DNA of 59,800 nt from Rhodanobacter sp. (GTDB lineage: Bacteria; Pseudomonadota; Gammaproteobacteria; Xanthomonadales; Rhodanobacteraceae). Where the stretch lies: contig DATEKS010000065.1 of the NCBI GenBank assembly GCA_035277325.1, positions 1 to 59,800 on the forward strand. Reading direction: 5' to 3'. The translations under genes and the position numbers were made by a program. This document shows positions 10,274-21,713 of the stretch, piece after piece. The notes under the pieces are model-generated. The model was not told where the DNA came from. It searched no databases and worked only from the letters and a program-made list of their open reading frames with translations. Each line of letters starts with the position of its first letter. Positions within the stretch are counted from its first letter, which is position 1.

Positions 10274-11257
10274 TTACTTCGCGAACAGGTGCTCGACGCC
10301 CGCGCGTTCCTCGCGCAGTTCCTTGTTGGTAGCGTCGATGCGCGCCTGCGAGAACGCATTGATTTCCAGGCCTTGCACGATGGCGTACTTGCCGTCCTTC
10401 ACCGTCACCGGGTAGCCGAAGATCACGCCCGGCTCGATGCCGTAGGAGCCGTCGGACGGAATGCCCATCGACACCCAGTCGCCCTCGGCCGTGCCCTGCG
10501 CCCAGGTGCGCATGTGGTCGATCGCGGCCGATGCGGCCGATGCGGCGGACGAGGCGCCGCGGGCCTTGATGATCGCCGCGCCGCGCTGCTGCACGGTGGG
10601 GATGAAGTCGCTCTCGTACCAGGCCTGGTCGACCAGGCTCAGCGCCGGCTTGCCGTCCACGGTGGCATGGTGCAGGTCGGGGTACTGGGTGGAGCTGTGG
10701 TTGCCCCAGATCGTCATCTTCTTGACGTCGGTGTTGTGCTTGCCGGTCTTCTCGGCCAGCAGGCTCTTGGCGCGGTTGTGGTCCAGGCGCACCATCGCGG
10801 TGAAGCACTTCGGGTCCAGGCTCGGGGCGTTCTGCTGGGCGATCAGCGCATTGGTGTTGGCCGGGTTGCCCACCACCAGCACCTTGACGTCGCGCTTGGC
10901 GTGGTCGTTCAGCGCCTTGCCCTGCGGGGCGAAGATCGCGCCGTTGGCTTCCAGCAGGTCCTTGCGCTCCATGCCCGGGCCGCGCGGGCGCGCGCCGACC
11001 AGCAGCGCGTAGTCCACGTCCTTGAAGGCGACGTTGACGTCATCGGTGGCGACGACACCGGCCAGGGTCGGGAACGCGCAGTCGTTGAGTTCCATCACCA
11101 CGCCTTGCAGCGCGGGCAGCGCCGGGGTGATTTCCAGCAGGTGCAGGATCACCGGCTGGTCGGGACCCAGCATGTCGCCGGCGGCGATGCGGAACAGCAG
11201 GGCGTAGCCGATCTGGCCGGCAGCGCCGGTGACGGCAACTCGAACGGGAGCTTTCAT
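10274..11257 (-). CDS. mdh: Malate dehydrogenase
   Basis: [40 protein letters not shown] motifs. Confidence 0.97.
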   Translation of the reverse strand: MKAPVRVAVTGAAGQIGYALLFRIAAGDMLGPDQPVILHLLEITPALPALQGVVMELNDCAFPTLAGVVATDDVNVAFKDVDYALLVGARPRGPGMERKDLLEANGAIFAPQGKALNDHAKRDVKVLVVGNPANTNALIAQQNAPSLDPKCFTAMVRLDHNRAKSLLAEKTGKHNTDVKKMTIWGNHSSTQYPDLHHATVDGKPALSLVDQAWYESDFIPTVQQRGAAIIKARGASSAASAASAAIDHMRTWAQGTAEGDWVSMGIPSDGSYGIEPGVIFGYPVTVKDGKYAIVQGLEINAFSQARIDATNKELREERAGVEHLFAK

Positions 11258-11307
11258 GGTGATTCTCCGGGATTGGGACTCAAGGGATTCGAAAACGGAA
11301 TGCCGCC

Positions 11308-12507
11308 TCAGGCAAGTTCGGCGAAGAACTGCTGGATGCGCTCAAGGCCGGGCTGCAATTGGGCCTGCGGACAGGTGTAGGAAATGCGCAGGGCGCGCGG
11401 CTCGCCGAAGGCCGAGCCCGGCACGCAGGCCACGCCCTTGGCTTCCAGCAGTGCGGCGCAAAGCTCCACGTCGTTGGAAATCCTCGTGCCGTTGTGGCTC
11501 TTGCCGAACGCCACCGAGATGTCGGGGAACGCATAGAACGCACCCTGCGGCCGCGGGCAGGTGACGCCCGGGATCGCGTTGAGCGCGGCGACCACGGTGT
11601 CGCGGCGGGCGGCGAACTCGGCGCACTTCGCCTGCGGAATGTCCTGCGGCCCGGTGAACGCGGCCACCGCGGCCGCGGTGATCACTTCCGGCACGCTGGT
11701 GATGTGGTTGGAGTTGAGCGTGGTGACCGCCTTGGCCACCGATTCCGGCCCGGCCAGCAGACCCACGCGCCAGCCTGGCATGCCGTAGGTCTTGGACACC
11801 GAGTCGACGAAGACCAGCCGCTCCTTCAGCTCCGGCTTCGCGAACACGAAGTTGTGGTAGCCAATGCCGTCGAACACCATCGAGTTGTAGATGTCGTCGG
11901 TGACGATCCAGGTGTCCGGATGCTTCGCCAGCACCTCGGCCAGCGCGGCGATTTCCTCGCGCGTGTAGACCATGCCGGTCGGGTTGGACGGGTTGTTGAA
12001 CAGGAACACCTTGGGCTTGCGCGCCAGCGCTGCGTCGAGCTGCGACGGCGTGAGCTTGTAGTTCTGCTCCGGGCCGCAATGCAGCACGTTGGCCTTCGCG
12101 CCCACGATGTCGGCGATGTCGCGGTAGGTGGTCCAGTACGGCGCGGCGAAGGCGATCTCGTCACCCTCGTCCAGCAGCGCCTCGGCCAGGTTGTACAGCA
12201 CCTGCTTGGCGCCGATGCCCACCGACAGGTTGGCGTGGCCGTAACCGCTGAAGCCCAGCGCCTCGATGTGCTTCAGGAACGCGTCCAGCAGCGACTCGGC
12301 GCCACGGTTGCTGCCGTACTGGCCGCTGTCGTGGCTGAGCGCCTCGCGCGCCGCCGCATACACGTGCTCACCGGGCAGGAAGTTGGGCACGCCGATGGAA
12401 AAACTGATGATGTCGCGGCCGGCGGCCTTGAGCTGCTTCGCCTTGGCGGCGATGACCATGATCGCGCTGGGTTTGGCGCGGCCGACGCGCTGGGCGAGCT
12501 GGGGCAT
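11308..12507 (-). CDS. PLP-dependent class I/II aminotransferase (aspartate aminotransferase-like)
   Basis: Start MPQLAQR after GAGGA; [24 protein letters not shown] motifs. Confidence 0.9.
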   Translation of the reverse strand: MPQLAQRVGRAKPSAIMVIAAKAKQLKAAGRDIISFSIGVPNFLPGEHVYAAAREALSHDSGQYGSNRGAESLLDAFLKHIEALGFSGYGHANLSVGIGAKQVLYNLAEALLDEGDEIAFAAPYWTTYRDIADIVGAKANVLHCGPEQNYKLTPSQLDAALARKPKVFLFNNPSNPTGMVYTREEIAALAEVLAKHPDTWIVTDDIYNSMVFDGIGYHNFVFAKPELKERLVFVDSVSKTYGMPGWRVGLLAGPESVAKAVTTLNSNHITSVPEVITAAAVAAFTGPQDIPQAKCAEFAARRDTVVAALNAIPGVTCPRPQGAFYAFPDISVAFGKSHNGTRISNDVELCAALLEAKGVACVPGSAFGEPRALRISYTCPQAQLQPGLERIQQFFAELA

Positions 12508-12719
12508 GGCTTCCTCTGGATCGTGGGGAGGGGATCGTCGGATTCGATGCGGCGAACCGGTCGATTTTAGCATGCGGCGGCGCGTCAATTGCTTGCGATC
12601 GGGAGCCCGGCCTATCGCCCGGACCTGGCACTGCTGGCATGATGCGGTCACCGCCTGATGAACCGGCGGTGGATGCCATCCGTCCTTCCACCTGAAAAAT
12701 TCAGACAGACTGAGGGGTA

Positions 12720-12980
12720 ATGCGCATGTTCCACATCATCTGGTCCATCATCGTGGGCTTCTTCGTCGGCCTCATCGCACGCTGGATCGTGCCGGGCGCC
12801 GACCACCACGGCTTCTGGGTCACCGCCATCATCGGCATCGTCGGCTCCATCATCGGCGGGTTCATCGCCAGACTGTTCAGCAAGCCGGCACCCGGCTCGA
12901 AATTCCACACCGCGGGTTTCCTGATGTCCATCGTCGGCGCGATCGTCCTGCTGTACGTGCTCAAGTTCGCCGGATACTGA
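12720..12980 (+). CDS. GlsB/YeaQ/YmgE-family small membrane protein
   Basis: IIVGFFVGLIARWIVPG...GIVGSIIGG...SIVGAIVLL three-helix pattern; start may be 12726. Confidence 0.85.
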   Translation: MRMFHIIWSIIVGFFVGLIARWIVPGADHHGFWVTAIIGIVGSIIGGFIARLFSKPAPGSKFHTAGFLMSIVGAIVLLYVLKFAGY

Positions 12981-13000
12981 GCCAACCTCCGGGACACATC

Positions 13001-13036
13001 AAAAAAGCGCGGCAGGCTGCCCTGCCGCGCTTTTTG
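13001..13036. terminator. Bidirectional intrinsic terminator
   Basis: AAAAAAGCGCGGCAGG-CTGC-CCTGCCGCGCTTTTT between convergent genes. Confidence 0.85.
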
Positions 13037-13079
13037 TTTCTTGCCGCCTTGAAGAGTTCGGCTACTAATGGCCGCTCAC

Positions 13080-13171
13080 TTGATTTTCGCGATCAGGGAT
13101 GATCGCAAAAGCCCCGACCGTGCAGCCATGGATGGGCGCCCGTTTGATTCACGCAATCAGGGATCGATCGC
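13080..13171. repeat. Cluster of NGGA-loop REP-like hairpins (two direct copies flanking GCCATGGATGG)
   Basis: TTGATTTTCGCGATCAGGGATGATCGC (13080-13106) and TTGATTCACGCAATCAGGGATCGATCGC (13144-13171). Confidence 0.6.
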
Positions 13172-13184
13172 GGGATGACGCCCC

Positions 13185-13610
13185 TTAGGCGCCGCGCGCC
13201 GCGAGCAGCTTCTCGGCCAGCCCCCCCAGCATCGAGAGGTTGAAGCCGCCACCGGCAGCCGGCGCCTGGCCGTCCGGCGTGAGGTGATCGACCGCGTGCG
13301 GCAGCACCTGCGACAGCTGGCCCAGCAACTGGCCCGGATCCATGCCCAGCTTGCCCGCCGCCTCCTGCACCACCGAACCCAGGCCACCGTTCTGCAGTGC
13401 CTGGCCCAGCTGCTCGCCCGACACCGGCTGGTTCGCGCCGGTGCCGATCCACGACTGCACCGCCTCGCCCAGCCCACCCTGGTGCAACATGCTGGCCAGG
13501 CCCTGCACGCCGCCGGCCTGCTGGATCAGCTGACCGGCCACCGCGACCAGCGAACCGCCGCCCGCCGCGTTGGCCTGGCCGCCGCCGAGCAGATCATTGA
13601 GTATCGACAT
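13185..13610 (-). CDS. YidB/DUF937-family protein
   Basis: Start MSILNDLLGG after AAGGAG; GLGEAVQSWIGTGANQPVS and LPHAVDHLTPDG motifs. Confidence 0.85.
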   Translation of the reverse strand: MSILNDLLGGGQANAAGGGSLVAVAGQLIQQAGGVQGLASMLHQGGLGEAVQSWIGTGANQPVSGEQLGQALQNGGLGSVVQEAAGKLGMDPGQLLGQLSQVLPHAVDHLTPDGQAPAAGGGFNLSMLGGLAEKLLAARGA

Positions 13611-13753
13611 CGTTAGTGCTCCTTGATGGTGACTGTTGGACGGGATGAAACCGTCTGGCGAATACCGCCGGCGCAGTGACGGCGCCGTGAACAAGTAAAG
13701 CCGCCGTGGCAGGCACGGCGGCTTCCGATCGTACATTCCGCGGTGCAAGCCGA

Positions 13754-14263
13754 TCAGCCGCGCTGGTCGAGCACGCCGTTCCACTCCTTCACGCGGTCGG
13801 CCTTGGCCGCCAGCAGCGCGTCGACATCGCCCGCGACCTCGACCGTCTCGATCACGTCGCCCTGGCGGATCGCGTCGACCACCTGCTGGTCGTCCGCGTC
13901 CACCACCTCGCCGAACACGCTGTGCTTGCCGTCCAGCCACGGCGTGGCGCCGTGGGTGATGAAGAACTGGCTGCCGTTGGTGCGCGGGCCGGCGTTCGCC
14001 ATCGACAGCACGCCCGGCTTGTCATGGCGCAGCGAGGCATGGAACTCGTCCTCGAACTTGTAGCCCGGGCCGCCGCGGCCGCTGCCTTCCGGGCAGCCGC
14101 CCTGGATCATGAAGTCGGCGATCACGCGATGGAACGACAGGCCGTCGTAGTAGCCGCGCTTCGCCAGGTTCACGAAGTTCGCCACGGTCAGCGGCGCCTT
14201 GTCGTCGTGCAGGCGCAGGCGGATCGGGCCGCGGTTGGTGTGGAGGGTGACTTGGATGGCCAT
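13754..14263 (-). CDS. Cyclophilin-type peptidyl-prolyl isomerase (cytoplasmic)
   Basis: [48 protein letters not shown]. Confidence 0.93.
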   Translation of the reverse strand: MAIQVTLHTNRGPIRLRLHDDKAPLTVANFVNLAKRGYYDGLSFHRVIADFMIQGGCPEGSGRGGPGYKFEDEFHASLRHDKPGVLSMANAGPRTNGSQFFITHGATPWLDGKHSVFGEVVDADDQQVVDAIRQGDVIETVEVAGDVDALLAAKADRVKEWNGVLDQRG

Positions 14264-14446
14264 GGGGAATCCTCGGCGTTGGACGGGGTCGATGCGCCGC
14301 GGGCACGGCGCGTGGATCGCCAAGGATAGCGCAGCGCATTGGATCAATCGAAAGACACAGGCAAACCGTCAGCCAAGTGCGTATAATCGACCGATTCGCC
14401 TTTCAGAAACCTGCGCGACGATCCCCGCATCGCCCGAGCCCTGCCC

Positions 14447-16273
14447 ATGTCCATCGAAAACCTGCGCAACATCGCCATCGTCGCCCACGTCGACCACGGC
14501 AAGACCACCCTCGTCGACCAGCTGCTGAAGCAGTCCGGCACGCTCAACGAGCGCACCGTGCTGGCCGAGCGCGTGATGGATTCCAACGACCAGGAAAAGG
14601 AGCGCGGCATCACCATCCTGGCCAAGAACACCGCCATCACCTGGCAGGGCAACCGCATCAACATCGTCGACACCCCCGGCCACGCCGACTTCGGCGGCGA
14701 GGTGGAGCGCGTGCTGTCGATGGTGGACACCGTGCTGATCCTGGTCGACGCGATGGACGGCCCGATGCCGCAGACCCGTTTCGTGACCCAGAAAGCCTTC
14801 GCGATGGGCTTCAAGCCGATCGTGGTGATCAACAAGATCGACCGCCCCGGTGCGCGCCCCGAGTGGGTGGTGGAACAGGTGTGGGACCTGTTCGACCGCC
14901 TCGGCGCCACGCCGGAGCAGATGGAGTTCCCGATCGTCTACGCCTCGGCCCTGAACGGCTACGCCTCGCTGGACGAGAACGTGCGCGAGGGTGACATGAC
15001 GCCGCTGTACGAGGCGATCATGCAGCACGCGCCCAGGCCCGAGGTCGATCCGGAGGGCCCGTTCCAGATGCGCATCAGCCAGCTGGACTACAACAACTTC
15101 GTCGGCGTCATCGGCATCGGCCGCATCCAGCGCGGCACGCTGAAGAAGAACATGCCGGTGGCGGTGATCGACCGCCACGGCAAAAAGCGCCAGGGCAAGG
15201 TGCTGCAGGTGCTCGGCTTCATGGGCCTTGAGCGCATCGAGCAGGACAGCGCCGAGGCCGGCGACATCGTGGCCATCTCCGGCATCGCCGAGCTGACCAT
15301 CTCCGACACCGTGACCGCGCTGGACGCGCCCGAGGCGCTGCCGGCGCTGACCGTGGACGAGCCGACCATCAGCATGACCTTCCAGGTGAACAGCTCGCCG
15401 TTCGCCGGCAACAAGGACCTCAGCGGCGGCAAGTTCCTCACCAGCCGCCAGCTCAAGGACCGCCTGGACCGCGAGCAGGTGCACAACGTGGCGCTGAAGG
15501 TCGAACAGGGTTCGGACGCGGACAAGTTCCTCGTTTCCGGTCGCGGCGAGCTGCACCTGTCGGTGCTAATCGAGAACATGCGCCGCGAGGGCTACGAGCT
15601 GGCCGTGTCGCGCCCCGAGGTCATCATCAAGGAGATCGACGGCCAGAAGATGGAGCCGTTCGAGCAACTGGTGATCGACGTCGAGGAAATCCACCAGGGC
15701 CCGGTGATGGAGCGCATCGGCGTGCGCAAGGGCCAGCTGAAGAACATGGAGCCCGACGGCAAGGGCCGCGTGCGCTTGGAATACATGATCCCGGCGCGCG
15801 GCCTGATCGGCTTCCAGAACCAGTTCAAGACCCTCACCCAGGGCTCGGGCCTGCTGTTCCACGTGTTCGACCACTACGGCCCCAAGGAAGAAGGCCAGAT
15901 CGCCAAGCGCCAGAACGGCGTGATGATCGCCAACGCCGGCGGCACCACGCCCGCCTACTCGCTGGGGCCGCTGCAGGAGCGCGGCAAGCTGTTCGCCGCC
16001 GAGGGCGACAACGTGTACGAGGGCCAGCTGGTCGGCATCCACGCCAAGGACAACGACCTCACCGTCAACGTGATCAAGCCCAAGCCGCTGACCAACATGC
16101 GCGCCGCCGGCAAGGACGACGCGATCCAGCTCACCCCGGCGACCAAGTTCTCGCTGGAGCAGGCGCTGGACTTCATCGACGACGACGAGCTGGTCGAGGT
16201 GACGCCGAAGGAAATCCGCCTGCGCAAGAAGCACCTCACCGAGAACGACCGCAAGCGCGCGTCGCGCGGCTGA
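14447..16273 (+). CDS. typA: Translational GTPase TypA/BipA
   Basis: [36 protein letters not shown] and the BipA C-terminus; TATAAT at 14382-14387. Confidence 0.97.
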   Translation: MSIENLRNIAIVAHVDHGKTTLVDQLLKQSGTLNERTVLAERVMDSNDQEKERGITILAKNTAITWQGNRINIVDTPGHADFGGEVERVLSMVDTVLILVDAMDGPMPQTRFVTQKAFAMGFKPIVVINKIDRPGARPEWVVEQVWDLFDRLGATPEQMEFPIVYASALNGYASLDENVREGDMTPLYEAIMQHAPRPEVDPEGPFQMRISQLDYNNFVGVIGIGRIQRGTLKKNMPVAVIDRHGKKRQGKVLQVLGFMGLERIEQDSAEAGDIVAISGIAELTISDTVTALDAPEALPALTVDEPTISMTFQVNSSPFAGNKDLSGGKFLTSRQLKDRLDREQVHNVALKVEQGSDADKFLVSGRGELHLSVLIENMRREGYELAVSRPEVIIKEIDGQKMEPFEQLVIDVEEIHQGPVMERIGVRKGQLKNMEPDGKGRVRLEYMIPARGLIGFQNQFKTLTQGSGLLFHVFDHYGPKEEGQIAKRQNGVMIANAGGTTPAYSLGPLQERGKLFAAEGDNVYEGQLVGIHAKDNDLTVNVIKPKPLTNMRAAGKDDAIQLTPATKFSLEQALDFIDDDELVEVTPKEIRLRKKHLTENDRKRASRG

Positions 16274-16326
16274 ACTGCCACGCCTGCACCTGCTCCCGAA
16301 GGCCGCCGCAAGGCAACGCCCATGGC

Positions 16327-16355
16327 TTGACGTACCTGCCGCTTGCGGTCAGCAT
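16327..16355 (+). promoter_or_regulatory. Putative sigma70 promoter for the porin leader
   Basis: TTGACG-N17-CAGCAT, implying a 5' leader of about 185 nt. Confidence 0.5.
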
Positions 16356-16403
16356 GCGCGCGCCTTCGAACCGGAGGCCCGATCCAAAGGTACGCCCGAC
16401 CTC

Positions 16404-16511
16404 ATGGACAGCGACCCAGTCCCCCGCTACCGCACGCCTGTCACGGCGAGCATGACACCATCCCCTGCGCATCCCCGCGGACTGCGGGTGGGCGGAGCCC
16501 GGCCGGGCTGA
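16404..16511 (+). CDS. Candidate proline-rich leader peptide (35 aa, MDSDPVPRYRTPVTASMTPSPAHPRGLRVGGARPG)
   Basis: Translated by hand; 7 Pro; stop codon lies 3 nt before a hairpin covering the porin SD; own SD is weak. Confidence 0.4.
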   Translation: MDSDPVPRYRTPVTASMTPSPAHPRGLRVGGARPG

Positions 16512-16514
16512 TCC

Positions 16515-16546
16515 GCTCGCTCCGTGCCGCAAGGACGGAGACGAGC
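16515..16546 (+). promoter_or_regulatory. RBS-sequestering hairpin
   Basis: GCTCGCTCCGTGCC-GCAA-GGACGGAGACGAGC: 13 bp stem with two bulges and a GNRA loop; contains the GGAG SD and ends directly at the ATG (16547). Confidence 0.6.
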
Positions 16547-17878
16547 ATGACGAAGAAGAAGAACCTGCTGTTCGCGATGGCCGCGCTGGCCCTCGCCGCC
16601 TCGACCGCGCGTGCCGATCAGGCACCGCTGTTCGTGCCCCAATGGCTGGGCGCGCAATACACCTTCGTCGACCAGCACCAGGAGTCGCTGCATTCGCCCT
16701 ACTCCGGCCCGCTGAGCCTGCACGCGCGAAGCGACACCGAGCGTTCGCACACCTTCGGCGCCTACTTCGGCGTGGCGCTGCCCTGGCATCTGGCCTACTA
16801 CTTCGACGTGGAAATGTTCCGCGGCGAAGGCGTCAGCGGCGCCACCGGGCTGGGCGGGCTCACCAACGGCGATGTGATCCGCGCGGGCGTGGCCGGACTG
16901 GGCCGCGGCGCCTACGTGGCGCGGCGTTACCTGCAGTGGTCGCTGCCGCTGGGCGAGGGGCGCGAAACGGTGGAGCGCAGCCAGGACCACCTGCCCGGCG
17001 CGCAGGCCACGGAGCGACTCGACGTGAAGCTGGGCAAGCTGGCGGTGAACGACGACTTCGACCGCAACCGCTACGCCAACGGCACGCGCACCCAGTTCAT
17101 GAACTGGGACCTGTTCAACGCCACCAGCTGGGATTTCGCCGCCGACACCCGCGGCTACACCGAGGGGCTGATGGTGGCCTGGGTCAATCCCGCCTGGACG
17201 CTGCGCTACGGCGTCTACAGCATGCCGCATGAGGCGAACGGGCAGCGGCTGGAAAGCTCGCTGCGCCACGCGCGCGGCGAACAGTGGCAGCTGAGCCTGC
17301 ATCCGCATCCCGACGGCTGGGTGCTGCGTCTGCTCGCCTTCCGCAACATCGCCCGCATGGGCAGCTATCGCGACGCCATCGCGCAGGCCTTGGCCAGCGG
17401 CCAGGTGCCGGACGTGCGCGCCGACGACACCCCTGGCCGCCGCAAGTTCGGCTGGGCGATCAACGGCGAGCTGCCGCTGGCCGACGGCGGCGACACCGGC
17501 CTGTTCGCCCGCGCGGGCTGGAACGACGGCCATACCGAGTCCTTCGCATTCACCGAAGTGGACCGCACCGCCAGCGGCGGCTTCCAGCTTTCGGGCACGC
17601 ACTGGGGCCGCGCCGCCGACCACCTCGGCGTGGGCGTCGCGCTCAATGCACTGTCGCGGCTGCATCGGGAATACCTGGAACTGGGCGGCTCGGGCTTCGT
17701 GCTGGGCGACGGTGCGCTGAACTACGCGCACGAGGAAATCGTCGAGGCGTACTACAGCTACGCACCGTTCCCGCACCTCACGCTCAGCCCCGACCTGCAG
17801 TGGGTGCGGAACCCGGGATACAACCGCGACCGCGGGCCGGCGACATTTGCCGGGTTGCGGGCGCACGTGGAGTTCTGA
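16547..17878 (+). CDS. Carbohydrate-porin (OprB) family outer-membrane protein, MnoP-like
   Basis: Signal peptide; FDRNRYANGTRTQFMNW, WDFAADTRGYT, ESFAFTEVDR, NPGYNRDRGP motifs; C-terminal Phe. Confidence 0.8.
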   Translation: MTKKKNLLFAMAALALAASTARADQAPLFVPQWLGAQYTFVDQHQESLHSPYSGPLSLHARSDTERSHTFGAYFGVALPWHLAYYFDVEMFRGEGVSGATGLGGLTNGDVIRAGVAGLGRGAYVARRYLQWSLPLGEGRETVERSQDHLPGAQATERLDVKLGKLAVNDDFDRNRYANGTRTQFMNWDLFNATSWDFAADTRGYTEGLMVAWVNPAWTLRYGVYSMPHEANGQRLESSLRHARGEQWQLSLHPHPDGWVLRLLAFRNIARMGSYRDAIAQALASGQVPDVRADDTPGRRKFGWAINGELPLADGGDTGLFARAGWNDGHTESFAFTEVDRTASGGFQLSGTHWGRAADHLGVGVALNALSRLHREYLELGGSGFVLGDGALNYAHEEIVEAYYSYAPFPHLTLSPDLQWVRNPGYNRDRGPATFAGLRAHVEF

Positions 17879-17925
17879 GGCCCTGTTCGCCTTTCCCGCA
17901 GGCGGGAGAGGCGAACGCCCGATCG

Positions 17926-18534
17926 CTACGCAGGCCGCCGCGCCAGCTCCAATGCCGCGATCCGCCGCCCCAGGCGTGGCGCCAGGTAGCAATGCGACCC
18001 GCACGGCAGCAGCCCCGCATCGGCGAACGCGCGCAGGTACCAGTCCGGCGAGCGCATGTGGAAACCCTCCAGGTCGCCATCCACGCCATCGTGGCTGGTG
18101 AACACTTCCAGGAAGGCCACGCCTTCAACCATCTCCGCGACACCGGCAAGGCCAGCACGGATTTCCGCCAGCTTGAGGTAATGCAGCACATCGCTGCATA
18201 CGATCAGGTCGAAGCGCGCGTCGAAGCGCAGGTGTTCGAGCTGGCCGAAACGCGCCAGCCCGATGTTGCGGCTGCGACCGTAGCGCGCCACCACGTATTC
18301 GCTGGCGTCCAGCCCGCGGTAATCGACGCCGGGCCTGAGCGCGCGCAGCGGCGCGCGCCACACACCCTCGCCGCAGCCCACGTCCAGCACATTGCGGATC
18401 GGCCGGCCGAGGTAGTACTCCGCCTGTGCCACCGCCATCGCCACCTTGCGCCTGAGCTCGGCGGGGGAGCCCACTGCATGTGCGGGGTGACGGTACCACT
18501 TGTCGAAATAGGCGCGGTCGTAGGTCTTGGGCAT
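17926..18534 (-). CDS. Class I SAM-dependent methyltransferase
   Basis: Start MPKTYDRAYF; VLDVGCGEG motif I; FDLIVCSDVLHY. Confidence 0.85.
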   Translation of the reverse strand: MPKTYDRAYFDKWYRHPAHAVGSPAELRRKVAMAVAQAEYYLGRPIRNVLDVGCGEGVWRAPLRALRPGVDYRGLDASEYVVARYGRSRNIGLARFGQLEHLRFDARFDLIVCSDVLHYLKLAEIRAGLAGVAEMVEGVAFLEVFTSHDGVDGDLEGFHMRSPDWYLRAFADAGLLPCGSHCYLAPRLGRRIAALELARRPA

Positions 18535-18707
18535 GGCGATGCTCTGGCAGTGGCGCGCATGGTAACCGGCCAGCGCAGCAGTCCGCGAAAGATGATGCGA
18601 AAGATGAATCGCCATCGAATCCACCCGGTGCGTCACGGCATGGCCGTCATCCGTTCCGGCATCCTCGCCGTTGAACCCATCCGACATCCTCGCCGGAGTA
18701 CGGACGC

Positions 18708-20306
<1,599 letters not shown>

Positions 20307-20322
20307 CACACTGATTCTCGCT

Positions 20323-20408
20323 CGTCATCCCAGCGAAAGCTGGGATCCAGAGACTTCACTCCAAGCCAAACCACAAGGCGCTGGATTCCAGCTTTCGCTG
20401 AAATGACG
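20323..20408. repeat. CGTC-type REP doublet (inverted pair)
   Basis: CGTCATCCCAGCGAAAGCTGGGATCCAG ... CTGGATTCCAGCTTTCGCTGAAATGACG. Confidence 0.85.
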
Positions 20409-20440
20409 AACCAAAGCCTGCCCCCCCGAAGGTACCTGCC

Positions 20441-21640
20441 ATGAACCGCCGTGAATTCCTGCTTGCCGCCGCCGGCGCAGCCGCCGCGTCCACGCTGTCG
20501 TTCTCCGGCCGCCTGTTCGCCGCACCCGCGAACTCGCCGCGCTTCCTGCTGGTGTTCCTGCGCGGCGGCTATGACTGCAACAACCTGCTCGTGCCCTGCG
20601 GCAGCGACTTTTATTACGAATCGCGCCCCACGCTCGCCATCGCCAGGCCCGACGCTAACAACCCCGACAGCGCCGTGGCGCTGGATGCGAACTGGGGCCT
20701 CAACCCCGTGGTGCGCGACACGCTCTATCCGCTATGGCAGAAGAAACAGCTCGCCTTCATCCCGTTCGCCGGCACCAACGACCTCAGCCGCAGCCACTTC
20801 GAGACGCAGGATCACATCGAGCGCGGCGAACCGCTGGGCCACGACACCAGCTACCGCTCGGGCTTCCTTGCGCGGCTCTCGGGCCTGCTCGCGGGCGCGC
20901 CAGCGATCGCCTTCACCAACAATTTGCCGCTGTCCTTCCAGGGCGCGGGACGCGACATCCCTAACATCTCGCTGAAGGGCGACCCCAGGGCACATTTCGA
21001 CGAGCGGCAGGCGGCGATCCTGTCCAGCATGTACAAGGGCACCTCGCTGGCACAGGCCACCGCCGACGGCCTCGCCCTGCCCAGGAGCGTGTCCGTCGAC
21101 CTGCGCAACGAAATGGTGGCGGCCAGCCGCGGCGCGCCCAGCGCGCACAACTTCGCCGCCGAGACGCGGCGCATCGCCGCCCTGATGCGCGACCAGTACC
21201 GGCTCGGCTTCGTCGACGTGGGCGGCTGGGACACCCACGTCAACCAGGGCAGCACCAAGGGCGGCCTAGCCAACAACCTGAAGAACCTCGGCGAAGGCCT
21301 CGCCGCCTACGCCGACGCGCTGGGCGATGCCTGGAACGACACCACCGTGGTGGTGCTCTCCGAGTTCGGCCGCACCTTCCGCGAGAACGGCGACAAGGGC
21401 ACCGACCACGGCCACGGCACCGTGCACTGGGTGCTGGGCGGCAGGGTCGCCGGCGGCCGCCTCGCCGGCGAGCAGCTCGCGGTGACCCAGCAGAACCTGC
21501 TGCAGAACCGCGACTACCAGGTGCTCAACGACTACCGCGACGTACTGGGCGGGTTGTTCGCGCGGCTGTGGGGCCTTAATTCGAACCAACTGCAAACGGT
21601 GTTCCCGCAGTCGCAGATCAGGGACTTGAGGCTGGTGTGA
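20441..21640 (+). CDS. DUF1501-family protein with Tat signal
   Basis: MNRREFLL twin-arginine signal; VFLRGGYD, SRSHFETQ, GGWDTHVNQ, SEFGRT, GTDHGHG. Confidence 0.88.
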   Translation: MNRREFLLAAAGAAAASTLSFSGRLFAAPANSPRFLLVFLRGGYDCNNLLVPCGSDFYYESRPTLAIARPDANNPDSAVALDANWGLNPVVRDTLYPLWQKKQLAFIPFAGTNDLSRSHFETQDHIERGEPLGHDTSYRSGFLARLSGLLAGAPAIAFTNNLPLSFQGAGRDIPNISLKGDPRAHFDERQAAILSSMYKGTSLAQATADGLALPRSVSVDLRNEMVAASRGAPSAHNFAAETRRIAALMRDQYRLGFVDVGGWDTHVNQGSTKGGLANNLKNLGEGLAAYADALGDAWNDTTVVVLSEFGRTFRENGDKGTDHGHGTVHWVLGGRVAGGRLAGEQLAVTQQNLLQNRDYQVLNDYRDVLGGLFARLWGLNSNQLQTVFPQSQIRDLRLV

Positions 21641-21679
21641 GCCATCGGCCCTTGGCCGCATGGTGAGGAATCAAAGACT

Positions 21680-21707
21680 CTGGATCTCGGCTTTCGCCGG
21701 GATGACG
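21680..21707. repeat. Single CGTC-type REP
   Basis: CTGGATCTCGGCTTTCGCCGGGATGACG, homologous to the right arm of 20323-20408. Confidence 0.8.
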
Positions 21708-21713
21708 AGCCAC

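Noticed and set aside
13080-13171. Mini CRISPR array (27-bp repeats with a 37-bp spacer)
   Set aside because: Only two divergent copies, no cas genes, and the spacer is itself a REP-type palindrome.
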